Below are positions 51,441 to 64,000 of a DNA stretch of 64,000 nucleotides, in pieces. A program made the translations under genes and the position numbers. The notes under the pieces are model-generated. The model did not search any database and was not told where the DNA came from. It saw only the letters and a list, made by a program, of their open reading frames with translations. Positions within the stretch are counted from its first letter, which is position 1, and every line of letters begins with the position of its first letter. The stretch is from Mustelus asterias (taxonomy: Eukaryota). The stretch lies in assembly GCF_964213995.1 (NCBI RefSeq), contig NW_027590198.1, positions 372,001-436,000 of the forward strand. Direction: 5' to 3'.

Positions 51441-51753
51441 GAATCTACAGTGCAGAAGGAGACCATTGGGGCCATCGAGTCTGCACCGACCTCAATCCTA
51501 CCCAGGCCCTATTCCCGTGACCCCTCATATTAACCCTACTAATACCCCTGACACAGGGTTAATTCAGCATGGCCAATCAAACTGACCTGCACATGTTCGG
51601 ACTGCAGGAGGAAACCAGAGTACCCGGAGGAAATCCACGCAGACACGGAGAGAAACTGCAAACTCCACACAGACAGTGACCCGAGGACGGAATTGAACCC
51701 GGGTTCCTGGCGTTGTGAGGCAGCAGGGCTAACCACTATGACACCATGCCACC
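51441..51753 (-). mobile_element. HE1-like V-SINE
   Basis: Reverse V domain and tRNA-like head. Confidence 0.85.
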
Positions 51754-51979
51754 CTTGCACACTTACACAGTACTGGAAAGTAATTTACCACTCGAAGCTG
51801 TCCAGTGAGTTTCACAATATTTCAATTGCCTCATTAATTTGTTTAGCCTGTTACCTTCACTAATTTGGGTGAAGATATGTTGAGTGATTTGTTGCACGAG
51901 AAAGGGCCACATGTTCCAAATATTACAATCCTCCCCCGTCAACCTAATCCCTCTTTCCATCTTGGATTTGAAGATTTTG

Positions 51980-54900
51980 AAGACATCTGCTTGGCAGATG
52001 GTAACTAGTGGCGTGCCGCAGGGATCGGTACTGGAGCCTCAACTATTTACCATTTACATAGACGATCTGGAGGAGGGGACTGAGCGTAGGGTAACAAAGT
52101 ATGCAGACGACACAAAGATAAGTTCAAAAGTGAATCGTCTGGAGGGCGTAGAAGGTCTGCAGAGAGATTTGGACAGGCTGAGTGAGTGGGCGAGGATCTG
52201 GCAGATGGAGTATAACGTTAACAAATGGGAGGTTATTCACTTTGGAAGAAATAATAGCAAATTGGATTATTATCTAAATGGAAAGAAATTACAACATGCT
52301 GCTGTGCAGAGGGACCTGGGGGGTCCTTGTGCATGAGACGCAAAAACCCAGTCTGCAGGTGCAACAGGTGATCAAGAAGGCAAATGGGATGTTGGCCTAT
52401 ATCGCATGGGGAATAGAATATAGAAACAGAGATGTCTTGCTGCATCTGTACAGGGCATTGGTGAGGCCGCAATTGGAATACTGTGTGCAGTATTGGTCAC
52501 CTTATCTGCGGAAGGATATATTGGCCTTGGAGGGAGTTCAGAGAAGGTTCACCACGTTGATACCAGAGATGAGGGGTGTTGATTATGAGGAGAGACTCAG
52601 CAGATTGGGTTTGTATTCGTTGGAATTTAGAAGGCTGAGGGGGGATCTTATAGAGACCTATAAGATAATGAAGGGGCTGGATAGGGTAGAGGTGGCGAGA
52701 TTCTTTCCACTTAGAAAGGAAACTAGAATTAGAGGGCACAGCCTCAAAATAAAGGGGGGTCAGCTTAGGACAGAGTTGAGGAGGAACTTCTTCTCTCAGA
52801 GGGTGGTGAATCTCTGGAATTCTCTGCCCACTGAAGTGGCGGAGGCTACCTCGTTGAATATGTTTAAATCACGGATAGATGGATTGCTGATCGGTAAGGT
52901 ACTTAGGGGTTATAGGGATCAGGAGGTTAAGTGGAACTGATCCACTTCAGGTCAGCCATGATCTTATTGAATGGCGGGGCAGGTTCGAGGGGCTCGATGG
53001 CCTACTCCTCCTCCTATTTCTGATGTTCTTATGTTCTTATCAGTGAAGCTTCACTTGGAATGCTGTGTACAGTTCTGGTCACCCTATTATAGAACGGATA
53101 TCATTAAACTGGAAAGAGTACAGAAAAGATTTACTAAAATGCTGCGAGGGCTTGATGATTTGAGTTATAAGGAGAGGCTGGATACACTGGGACTTTTTCT
53201 CCGGAGCGTAGGAGGCTTGGCGGGACCTTATGGATGTCGATAAAACAATGAGGTGCACAGATCAGCTAGATAATCAATATATTTTCCCAAAGGTTGAGGA
53301 GCCTAAAACGAGAAGGCATAGATTTAAGATGAGAGTGGAGAGATGCAAAATGGTTCAGAGGGGATATTGTTTCACACAGAGGGTGGCGAGTGTCTGGAAC
53401 AGGCCGGCAGAGGTAGTAGAGGCGGGTACAATTCTGTCTTTTTAAAAGGTTTTAGACAGTTACATGGGTAGGATGGGTACAGAGGGATATGGGCCAAACT
53501 CGTGAAATTGGGTCAAGCTTAGTGGTTAATAAAAAGGGCGGCATGGACAAGTTGGGCCGAAATGCTTGTGTCCATGCTGTCAACCTCTACGTCTATGACT
53601 CTATTCACCATCAGGAAACGGAACAAAAATCAGACTGCTCTTACTTCATTCGTTCCCGATAGCTCGGGGATTGAATTCACCGAGAAAATCTGGAAGGACT
53701 AAAGGTTGTAGCACAGCGTAATGGTCAAGCACAGCATTAAAGCAAATGTTAAAGCATACAAAGCGGCAAAGATTAGTGAGAAGCCAGAGGATTGGAACGC
53801 ATTGAAAAGCGAGCAGAGGACCAGTAAAAACGCAATAAGGGGGGAGAAGATGAAATATAAGTGTAAGCTAGCTAGTAATATAAAATAAGACAGAGAGAGT
53901 TTTATTTCAATATTAAAAAAGATAAGAAAGACGCAGAAACTGCCATTGGACCACTGGAAAATTAGCCTGGAGAAGTAATAATAGGAAACAAAGCAATGGC
54001 AGAGGAACTGAATATTACTTTGCATCAGTCTTCACGGTGGAAGACACCAGTGGAATGCCAGAGCTCCAGGAGAGTCAGGGGGCACAGTGGCCATCACTAA
54101 GGAGAAGATTCTGGGGAAATGGAAAGGTGACAAATCACCTGGACCGGAAGGACTACACCCCAGGGTTCTAAAAGAGATAGCTGAGGAAATTGTGGCGGCA
54201 TTGGTGGTGATCTTTCAGAAATCACTGGAGGCAGGGAATGTACCAGAGGACTGGAAAGTAGCGAATGCAACACCACTGTTTAAGAAGGGAGGGAGGCAGC
54301 AGACGGGAAATTATAGACCGGTTAGCCTGACTTCGGTCACTAGCAAGACTTTAAATTCCATTATTAAAGATGAGATCGCAAAGTACATGGAAAGTGCATG
54401 ATAAAGTAGTACTGAGTCAGCACAGCTTTGTCAAGGGGAGGTAATATCTGACAAATCTGTTAGAGTCCTTTGAGGAGGTAACAAGGAATTTAGATAAATG
54501 AGAGCCAGTGGACATGATTTATTTAGATTTCCAGAAGGCCTTTGACAAGGTGCCGTATAGGAGACTGTTAAACACTTTAAGTGCACATGGTGTTAAGGGT
54601 AATATCCTGGCATGGATAGAGGATTGGTTGACTGGCAGAAGGCAGAGAGAGGGGATAAAGGGGGTCTTTCTCAAGATGGCAGCCGGTGACTAGTGGTGTG
54701 CCTCAGGAGTCAGTGCTGGTACCACAACTTTTCACAGTATGCATTCACGATTTGGAGGAAGGAACTGAAGGCACTGTTGCTAAGTTTGCAGATGATACAA
54801 AGATATGCAGAGGGACAGGTAGTACTGAGGAAGCAGGGGGGGGGGGCTGCAGAAGGACTTGGACAGGTTAGGAGAGTGGGCAAAGATGTGGCAGCTGGAA

Positions 54901-55715
54901 TACAATTTGGAAAAGTGTGAAGCTATGCACTTTGGAAGGAGGAATGGAGGCATAGACTATTTTCTAAATGGGAAAATGCTGAGAAAATCAAAAACAAGAA
55001 GGGACTTGGGAGTCATTGTTCAAGATTCTATTAAGGTTAAAGTTCAGGTTCAGGAAGGCAAATGCAATGTTAGCATTCATTTCGAGAGGGCTAGAATACA
55101 AGAGCAGGTATGTACCTCTGAGGCTGTATAAGTCTCTGGTCAGACCCCATTTGGAGTATTGTGAGCAGTTTTGGGGCCCATATCTAAGGAAGGATGTGCT
55201 GGCCATGGAAAGGGTCCAGTGGAGTTTCACAAGAATGATTCCTGGGATGAAGAGCTGGCTGTATGAGGAACGGTTGAGTCCTCTGGATCTGTACTCGTTG
55301 GAGTTTTGAAAGATGAGGGGAGGTCTTATTGAATCTTTCAGGATACTGCGCGGCCTGGATAGAGTGGGCGTGGAGAGGATGTTTCCACTCGTAGGAAAAA
55401 CCAGAACCAGAGGGCACAACCTCAGACTAAAGGGACGATCGTTTAAAACAGAGCTGAGGAGGAATTTCTTCAGCCAGAGTGTGGTGGATCTGTGGATCTC
55501 TTGACGTAGAAGGTTGGAGGCCAGGTCATTGGGTGTTTTTAAGACAGAGATAGATGGGTTTGTGATTAATAAGAGGATCAGTGGTTCTGGGGAAAAGGCA
55601 AGAGAATATGGATGAGAAAAATATCAGCCATCATTGAATGGCGGGAGCAGGCTCGATGGACCGAGTGGCCTCATTCTGCTCCTATTTCTTATGTCTTATG
55701 GACTCATGGTCTTAT
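51980..55715 (+). mobile_element. Three consecutive CR1 fragments (51980-53040, 53045-53603, 53680-55715)
   Basis: RT motifs in ORFs 51884-52940, 52971-53445 and 54087-55504; each ends in its own CR1 tail. Confidence 0.92.
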
Positions 55716-57523
55716 ACAATGACAAACTTGGAATAAAGGACCTGCTTCGATTTTTGAAGTAGTAAATCACAAATATGCGAATGTAGAACAGCAAATGTTA
55801 GGACCAGCTATCGTCCCATCCATCCGTCCACTCTCTGATTTCTCAAGCAAAACATTCAGGCATCCAACTATCGTTCATCCCTGCATCAACGCAAGTATTC
55901 CTTTATTGCTGGGTAGATGGTGGCGTAATATTAATGCCAGTGTACCAGTAATCCAGAAGGCCAGGCCAATGATGTGGGGACACGAGATTAAATCCGACCC
56001 TGGCAGCTGGTGGAATTTGAATTCAATCAATAAATCTGGAATACATACTGACAGCGACCAGATAAACCTCTCTGATTCCCCAATGAAGGAAAACTGCCAT
56101 CCCTACCTGGTCTCATCAGGATGTGACTGCAGACGGACAACAATATAACTAACTGGGCAATGCCTTCTGAGATGCCCTAGCATACCACTCAGTTCAAGAG
56201 AAATTAGGCAAAGGGAATAAATGTTGGCCTGTCCAGAGATTCTCATGTCCCATGGGAAGTGAAAGAAAACACAAGCATACATGTTTATCTAGTATAAAAT
56301 ATATCACCTCTCTGAATCAACTCTCATAATCTGCCGGTATTTGTTTTATATCCATCCATCAGTGTTTTGTTGTGTTGGAGAGATCATTATTGTTGCTAAC
56401 CAAGGTGCCAGAGAAGCTGAATACTTTCTTTTCCGAAGAAATGGGAAACATCCATAGATGTTTGCAACTTAAAACTAATTAAATTGCCTCCAGTACTGTT
56501 GCTGGGTAGATTTGTTTATAAATAGGCCCCATTGACAATGCTGAGAGTTTGAAGTTGGCTTGCAGCCAAGTGTTCAGTACTGAGGAAACAGGTTTTTGAT
56601 TTACTGAACAAACACCCTCAGATGTTTCCTGTAAATATTTTTCGGTATTTGGCAGCAGGCTGGACTGTTGCCAAATACTGCGTAGGACAGATTAACGTGA
56701 ATCTGTAAGGATAACATGGGACTTAGTCAGTTATACAATAAATGTTTTATTCCCAAAAGGAAGGCACATTTTAAATGGTTTTTCTTCGAAGCAAATATTT
56801 TAAATGAATGCACTTTTCATTATGTGATTAAAAAGTATCAGAAACTAGTCAATTGACTTGATGCTATTTCATTTGTATCGCTTCCAAAGAAATGTCCTTC
56901 CAACAATTAAAGCCTCTTTATGAACAACTTATGCTGATGTCCCCAATCCCTCAGTCCCATGAGATCAGTGAAAAGGCACAAAAATGAAAATAATTAAAAG
57001 TAAAACAAAATCATATATCTGCCTTGAACAGCAGGGATTTCTGGAATATTCTCAATGTTCTGCACCTCATTAAAAACTTATATCTGATGTATAACATGTT
57101 CTGTTGTCCAGCATAATCTGATTTCAATTTTTTAACAGTCCCTCTCATAACTGCCAATGAGTGAACAAATGACCAGTTCATAACCTGGTTCAGTGAAAGA
57201 TAAAATATTTATTCTTGTGATATTGTGCATTATGCCGCAAAGTCCTGATATCCTGTGTTCCCAATACCAGCTGCTCGCCAATACAATGATCTGTCATGAT
57301 TTGGATGCTGAAGGAGAACTTTCCTGATTGCCGTGTCCGTTCTAATTCATTAGCTTCTTTGTCAAAAGTCAATGTCAATTTTATGTTTCTCTGTCAACTC
57401 AATGCTTAATTGTAAGTCAAGAAGTTTTCTTTCACCGTTAATTTTCACAGGGTTAAGGAGCTGTTGGGGAAATATATGGTGTACATTGTATCAGATAAGG
57501 AGTTTATTTTGTTAATTTATTCA

Positions 57524-57803
57524 TGGGCGGCACGGTGGCATAGTGGTTACCATTGCTGCTTCACAGCATCAGGGACCGTGGTTCAATTCCCGGAATGGGT
57601 CACTGTCTGTGTGTAGTCTGCACATTCTCCAATTGTCTGCCTGTTTATTCCCATTGTCCAAAGATATGCCGATTAGGTTGATTGGCGATGATGAATTGTC
57701 CCATAGAATCAAGTGAATGAGCAGGGATGGGAACAGGGCCTGGCTAGGAGCGTTGTCGGTGTGGGCCCGATATGCTCCTAATGCACTGCAGGGATTCTAT
57801 GGA
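57524..57803 (+). mobile_element. HE1-like V-SINE (further copies at ~60103-60580 - and 62948-63150 +)
   Basis: GGGCGGCACGGTGGCATAGTGGTT head and V domain. Confidence 0.85.
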
Positions 57804-58599
57804 TATGGGTGCCGCTGGCTGATCAATATTTATTGCCCACTCATTGTCGAGGGCAGTTGAGAGCTGAACACATTGCTGTGGCTCTGTAATCACATGTCGG
57901 CCAGATGAGGTAAGGACGGCATATTTCCTGCTTGAAAGGACATTAATGAACCAGATAGGTTTTTACACAATCGACAATGATATCATGGTCATAAGTAGAT
58001 TCTTAATTCCAGACGTTTTTACTGAATTTAAATTCCAACATCTGCCGTGGCGGGACTCGAAGCCGGGTCCTGAGAACATTAGTTGAGTTTGTGGATTAAT
58101 TGTCTAGCGATAATAACGCGAGGCCACTGCTTCCCTTCTTCTTATATCCAGTCCCAAATTACAATGATAGCTATCCACACCTGAAACACAATCATCCCAG
58201 CATTAAGTTACATAAATCGATAATAATTCTTCTAATGAATTATATTTCGCTGTAAAGTGTTAGAGACACAGAATTATTGCAAATCAGACTGACATCTTTA
58301 CCCTGATAATGTAATGTCATCTGTGTATGTCCATTCCCTTGTGAAGGGGTGACGAAATAAAGGCACTTAATTTACAATGAAATTGTTTCTTTTCTCTAAC
58401 AGATGCTCAAATGCAATTTCACTCTTGGACGAGCAGAGACATGACAATGGGTTTCACTGTTACTCCCTCGGTGTTAGTCTGTCTCTGGAATGTTCCATTG
58501 CCAGCAATCAATTCACCAGGAATAATCCTTGGTGCTTTTGATATATTTCATTTGATTTCACTTGACTTATTATTATCGCACATATTAGTGCACAGTGCA

Positions 58600-58850
58600 A
58601 ATTATTGTTTCTTGCTCACGATACAGTCAGAGCATAACGTATATAGGGAAGGAAGGGAGAGAGTGAATAATGTAATTTTGCAGTCATAGGTGGGGTGTAG
58701 CGAAAGATGAACTTAATGCGACGTAGGTCCATTCAAACGTCCGATTGCAGCAGGAGAGAAATTGTTTTTGAGTCGGTTTATACGTGTCCTCAGACTTTTG
58801 TATCTTGTTCCCGATGGAAAAAGGTGAGCGAGTATGTCCGGAGTGCGTGG
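58600..58850 (-). mobile_element. Rex1/Babar-type LINE 3' fragment in the VH intron
   Basis: Minus-strand translation PSGTRYKSLRTRINRLKNNFSPAAIGRLN. Confidence 0.7.
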
Positions 58851-59120
58851 CGTTTTATTTTCATAGGATTTTAGATATTTTTACAAGTGTCGAATCGGAG
58901 GTTGTGTTGAGCCAGCGAGAGGCAGAAACTGGGCGCCCCTGAAACTCTTTGAGACTGACCTGCAAAGCCAACGCGTTCAATGTTGGCAGTAACTGGATGG
59001 TCTGGGTCCGACAGGTACCTGAACAGTGTTTACAGTGTCTTCTTCAGTACGATAGTCTTGGGTCAGCCTACAATTCCTCCGCCCCAGGATACAGAATCAA
59101 TTTACTCCACCCGAAGACAC

Positions 59121-59360
59121 TTAAAACAAAGTAAAGAGAAAATGCTGGAAAATCTCAGCAAGTCTGGCAGCACCTGTAAGGAGAGAGAAGAGCTTACTTT
59201 TCGATTAAAGATGACCCTTTGTCAAAACTTTGTCAAAAGGTCATCTGGATTCGATATGTCAGCTATTTTCTCTCCTCACAGATATTGCCAGGCCTGCTGA
59301 GATTTTCCAACATTTTCTCTTTTGGTTTCAATTCCAGAATCCGCAGTAATTTGCTTTTAT
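59121..59360. mobile_element. Palindromic family-B element inserted in VH FR3
   Basis: Homologous to 2703-2935; inverted arms centred at ~59228. Confidence 0.8.
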
Positions 59361-59759
59361 ACTTCAAACGAAATCGTCTCTTTGGAAATAACTGAAAACC
59401 GAAGATTCCTATCTTTACCCTGTCTGTTCTGCATAGACTCCAATTCCACTATGATGAAAATGACTCTTAGCCACTACTGAAATTGCCGGGGAAGCCATCC
59501 AGTTGTATCAAAGCTGCTATGGAAAAACAAATAATAAAATCATCCAGAGGGCAGGTTTCAACAAGCTGGTTCACAACTGCCTTCTCAGCAGGGACAACTA
59601 AATGTTGGCTTTGTCAGTGATGCTCACATCCAGAGGATCAATAACAACAGTGTAAAGTGCTGCCGACTCTGGAAATCTGAAACTAAAGTAACACAAATGC
59701 TACTCAACAGGTCAGTGTACATCAGCAGATAGAGAACCAGATTCACATTTAAAATCGAT

Positions 59760-60025
59760 GCCAGGATGCAAAATCTCATTGATATAATTCTAAAGAGCAA
59801 GGCTGTTCTCCCCAATATCCTACCTTAATACTGATTCTTCGAACAAAATCACAAATTTACTGGCAATTTATCACATCTCGGTTTGTGGGAGTTTGTTGTA
59901 CGTACATTACCTGTTGTATTTGCAACATGATAGCAGTGACTAAATTCAGCAAAGGTACATCAGTGAGTTTTAAGAACTTTGGGACTACATGAGGTCGGGT
60001 AAAGGGTTCTATAAATGTAAGCTCT
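59760..60025 (+). mobile_element. Degenerate Deu-domain-type SINE 3' part (duplicated at ~41200-41650)
   Basis: TTATCACATCTCGGTTTGTGGGAG…CTTTGGGAC…GAGGTC…TATAAATGTAAG resembles DeuSINE 3' ends (recalled, not aligned). Confidence 0.5.
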
Positions 60026-61399
60026 ACCAAAATGAAAGTTGTAATACGTTGGAAGTGCTGAGAGACTAATGCGAATATATTCATTCCTCTGCTGATCATA
60101 GCAGCATAGAATCATAGAATCCAGTGCAGTGCAGTAGGAGGCCATTCGGTCCATCAAGTCTGCAGCTGCTCTCCAGCAGAGCATCCTATCCAGGCCCAGC
60201 TTTCACCCTATCCCGACAACCTCACATATTCAGAGGCTAATGTCTCTAACCTACACATCGTTGCACACTAAGGGGCAATTTAGAATCGCCAATCCACCTT
60301 GGGCCTGGGAATGATGCCCTGCTGGACAGCTGGTTCAGACTTGATAAAGCGATTGTCTCCTTCTGCACTGTAGGGATTCTGTGATTCTACGTTGTTCATC
60401 CTTGGACACAAAGGAGCAATTTATCATACCAATCCACCTAACCCGTACATCCTTGGACTGTGGAAGGAAACCGGAGCACCGGAGGAAACTCACATGGACA
60501 TGGTAGAATGTGAAAAACCACACATAGCCACCCAAGGTTGGAATCGAACCCGCTTCCCTGTCACTGTGAGGCAGCAATGCTACTTGTATCACTTAGTGAT
60601 AACCACACTGGATTTTTTATTCTTCCCTCTTGTGAGTCTGATCACTAATTATGACAGGAATATTTCACACATCAGTTCTCTTTGTTTTGACTTGTCTAGT
60701 TGAAGCAATTTAGATCATCAATCAAATTAACATTCAATGGAATACCAGCCTATTCACAGATACTTTATTTATTGTGACATCAGAACTTTCAGGACAAATT
60801 CTTAAATAGAATGTATTTATTCATTTAATTAAATAGCATCTGGTGTAATTTATGTTAAAAAGCTTTCTATTCTTTTTGAACCAACTGTTAATATTCTTAA
60901 AATAACCGCTATTTTGAGTTGAAACGAATGAATAAGTGACGGTTTATCTGTTTTTGCTGCCATTCACATTTCAGTGTAAACAGTGAGGTGCTTATGTAAA
61001 TAAACACAGAAATAGAAATCCCAGATTAGATTGTTGACTGACGAAAACACAACAAATATTTCCCCACCAACACAGCACAGAAATAGAGACAAACATGCAA
61101 ATCGATCAACGGATTCCAGAAATGATTGTCTTTATACATTAGTTATTCATCAATTATATGAAGAAAAAAAACATGACAATATCTATGTTCAGAATTAGCA
61201 AAGAATCCCTTTGATCCCGAAATGTGATAACACGGCAAATGTGTTCGTGGAAATTCCCTGTGTTTCATCTCACTCTCTCTCTGTCTTTCTCCTTCTGGTT
61301 CTGTGTCTTGTCTCTTCACGATAGGTCATCGTCTTCCCTCCACAATCTGAATTCAATGTTGCCCAATGTATTCTCTCAGCCGGAGTTGTAAGGAATGCA

Positions 61400-62050
61400 A
61401 CGCAATGAATTGGAATCCATGAGGGAGATTTACTCTAAAAGATCTCTTGAGCATCTATGATTTTGGGATATTTTATACATTTTCCTCTGTATCTAACCTG
61501 TATTGTACCTCGTAATAAGGATTCGATGTGGCAGTACCAAAGAAATTTTCCCTGTATTTATCCCTGCCCTTGGACTGTTTGACTGGACAGTGTAGAGGAA
61601 TATTTAACCTGCATCTAAACTCACGTACCTGCCCTTTGAATGTTTGATATTACTTGTAAAGGGAGATTTAATCCGTATCTAATCTCTGCTGTACCTGACC
61701 TGGGTGTATTTTATGGGACTGTGTCGAGGGATCTTCCCCCTCTACCGAACACCAATTCAAACTTGCCTCCCGTTTCTCTGAAGGAAAAATGCAGAAGTGG
61801 TTTTACCTAGAAGAGAGTCCCTGGTCTCTATGCCTTCATTGTGTTTGAGCAGACTTTGTAGAGGGAGTTTCACTCTGTTTCTCGACAGTCTCCCTTTTCC
61901 AGGGATGTTTTATTTTGATAGGGAGAGGGAGGTTCACTTTGTATCTAAATCATGCTATTCCTGACTTGGGAGTGTTAAATCTGGCAATGCATGGGGGAAC
62001 TTTACTGTTAACCCCATATTACTCCTGTCCTGTGAATTTTTGATGGGGCA
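61400..62050. repeat. Degenerate ~65-bp tandem repeat (also ~42480-42780)
   Basis: Recurrent GTAGAGGGAG.TTTAC.CTGTATCTAA…GTACCTG.CCTGGG.GTGTTTGATGGGACA. Confidence 0.7.
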
Positions 62051-63249
62051 GTAGGCCGTCTCTCCAAATTTCATGGAGATTGAACCAGTCTCTTTATTAG
62101 ACAGTCAGTTTACCTCGTGTCAGCTTCTATTATATAAGGTCATGCCTCGGTTTATGCTGCACGAGACCCTATCTCTTCACATATTAAACGAGATGCTTTC
62201 TCTGACTATACTAAATTAGACCTTGTCCCTGTTTATATTATGCATCAACATGTTTCGGTTTATATCAAACTAGACGCTGTATCGGTTTGTATTAATTTAG
62301 ACCTGTCTGTTTGTATTAAACTAGATGGAGTCTTATTTCTGCACTTGACCCTATCCATGTTTATATTGCATTGGACATGGTCTCAGTTTTTACTGCACTG
62401 GACAATGCCAGTAATGAGGAAAGTGTTTAGGGGGACACAATTCTCTGCATCCTCTTAAACAAGGAAAAGAAGCAGTGTTATCTGAAATCTACTTCTGCTG
62501 ACTGCATTGAAAATGGTTACTAAGACCTGTATAGCATGCACTGTCAACACAGAACAAAGAACAAGAAAATTACTGCAGAGGAACAGGCCCTTCGGCACTG
62601 GAAGCCCGCACCGACCAAATACTGTCGATCCAATACTGCCTGTTTCAGAATCCTGCCAGAGACCACTGTTTTTCATCCAACATAATATCTCTTCTTCTCG
62701 TAGAACCGCGGAGAAATGCAGACATCATTCAAATAGAGGCAACGTTAAGTGCAGGCATAACACTAACACAGTCTAGTGAAATATGTACAGGGTCAGGATC
62801 AAATACTACTGAACCAGAGAGTGTGGCTATAAACTGATTTCTAGTCTAGCAGTGTATTAACAGAGACAGACTCTAATTTAACATAAACTGGGTCCTGATC
62901 CAGCAAAATAGAAATGGGTTTCTTTCCGACTTTTCTTTCCGTTCTTTCCAAAGATGTGCGGGTTAGGTTGATTGGCCAGGTTAAAAAAAAAAATTGCCCC
63001 TTAGAGTCCTGGGATGTGTAGGTTAGAGGGATTAGCGGATAAAATATGTGGGGGTAGGGCCTGGGTGGGATTGTGGTCGGTGCAGACTCGATGGACCGAA
63101 TGGCCTCCTTCTGCACTGTAGGGTTTCTATGATTTCTATGATTTCTATGACTGCCATGTGGGGATGGTCAAAGGCCAAATGCTGATCTTTTCAGTGACAC
63201 CCTCATCCCATGAAACAAACATTACAAATATATATGACAATGTCGAGGA

Positions 63250-63560
63250 AAATAAAACTGAGACAGTGTCTAGTGCAGTTTTACTGGACATAGGAGCTTA
63301 TATATATAAACTGAGACAGAGCCCAGTAATTAATGATACAGGACCTAAATTTCTTTCGAGTGAGATGGAGTCAAGTGCATTAGTAATAATTACTAATAGA
63401 TACAGGACAGTGACAGATGTAAACTGAGACAGAGTCCAGTGTATTAGTAATGATTACTGATACAGTACCGAGACTGATGTAAACTGAGACAGAGCCCAGT
63501 TTATTTGTAATAATTACTGGTACAGGGCCTAGACTGATATACAATGAGATACGGACAATG
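63250..63560. repeat. ~60-bp minisatellite (also ~44230-44360 and ~44890-45020)
   Basis: AAACTGAGACAGAG at 63421 and 63481 with …TAATAATTACTG.TACAG…. Confidence 0.75.
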
Positions 63561-64000
63561 CAGCAATTAGGAGGTATTGCAAAATGCAATTATAGCTGAG
63601 ACGTGACATTGTCTTAAATAAATAAATGCATGGACTGGTGCAGCATTAACGCAAACAGGATCGAGTTTCTCAAAATCTAATGAACTATTAGCATAATAAC
63701 TGTGACAGAACCATGTGTCATGTATGAAGCAGTTGCTCCAGTTTAGTATGCAGTGGCAAATGTTCTGAGGCAGTAAGAATCGAGACACGGCCTCTTGTCA
63801 GATCAGCAGAAGCTTGGCTCAGTACAGCCATAACTTAGAAATTATAATATAAACAGGGCCTGTGTCTCATATACGAACACCTGATATTGAGCCAAGCGCA
63901 GGAAATAGCTTAGACATGACCTCCTGGAATATGATCCACGTAAGAAGTCTCACAACACCAGGTTAAAGTCCAACACGTTTATTTGGTAGCAAATACCATA

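Larger units (their letters stand above)
58441..59418 (+). pseudogene. IGHV: Immunoglobulin heavy-chain (IgM-type) V pseudogene
   Basis: Exon from 58887: [45 protein letters not shown]…APG…FTPPEDT[insertion]SNEIVSLEI…LKTEDS; acceptor AG->AA, TGA at 58940, frameshifts, no terminal YYC or RSS; leader remnant near 58441 is uncertain. Confidence 0.87.
59430..63935 (+). repeat. Old segmental duplication, copy 2
   Basis: Collinear with 40860-45690 and carries different younger TE insertions. Confidence 0.85.

Overview
Eukaryotic, repeat-dense DNA that looks like a shark (elasmobranch) genome, judged from its HE1/V-SINE, CR1 and Penelope families and the style of its V genes. The first 21.3 kb is a T-cell receptor alpha/delta-type V-segment cluster with five V segments, all followed by 23-bp-spacer RSSs. 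One is apparently intact (20804-21284, -). Three are minus-strand pseudogenes. One is inverted (+ strand) and split by a 1.7-kb Penelope-like insertion with a 14-bp TSD. About 37 kb further on lies an IgM-type IGHV pseudogene (58441-59418, +). The rest is CR1 LINE fragments (some very young, with 573- and 840-aa open ORF2 segments), tRNA-derived SINEs, degenerate minisatellites and a ~4.5-kb old segmental duplication. There are also many Penelope-like termini carrying minimal hammerhead-ribozyme motifs with covarying stems, several of them in fold-back (palindromic) insertions. A 3 x 212-bp array upstream of one V leader resolves into a Tx1-like LINE 3' end repeated between 15-bp TSDs. I found no D, J or C segments, no CRISPR and no true tRNA or rRNA genes. 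I see no clearly new biological system; the best leads are the Ig VH beside the TCR V cluster and the ribozyme-bearing fold-back retroelements.
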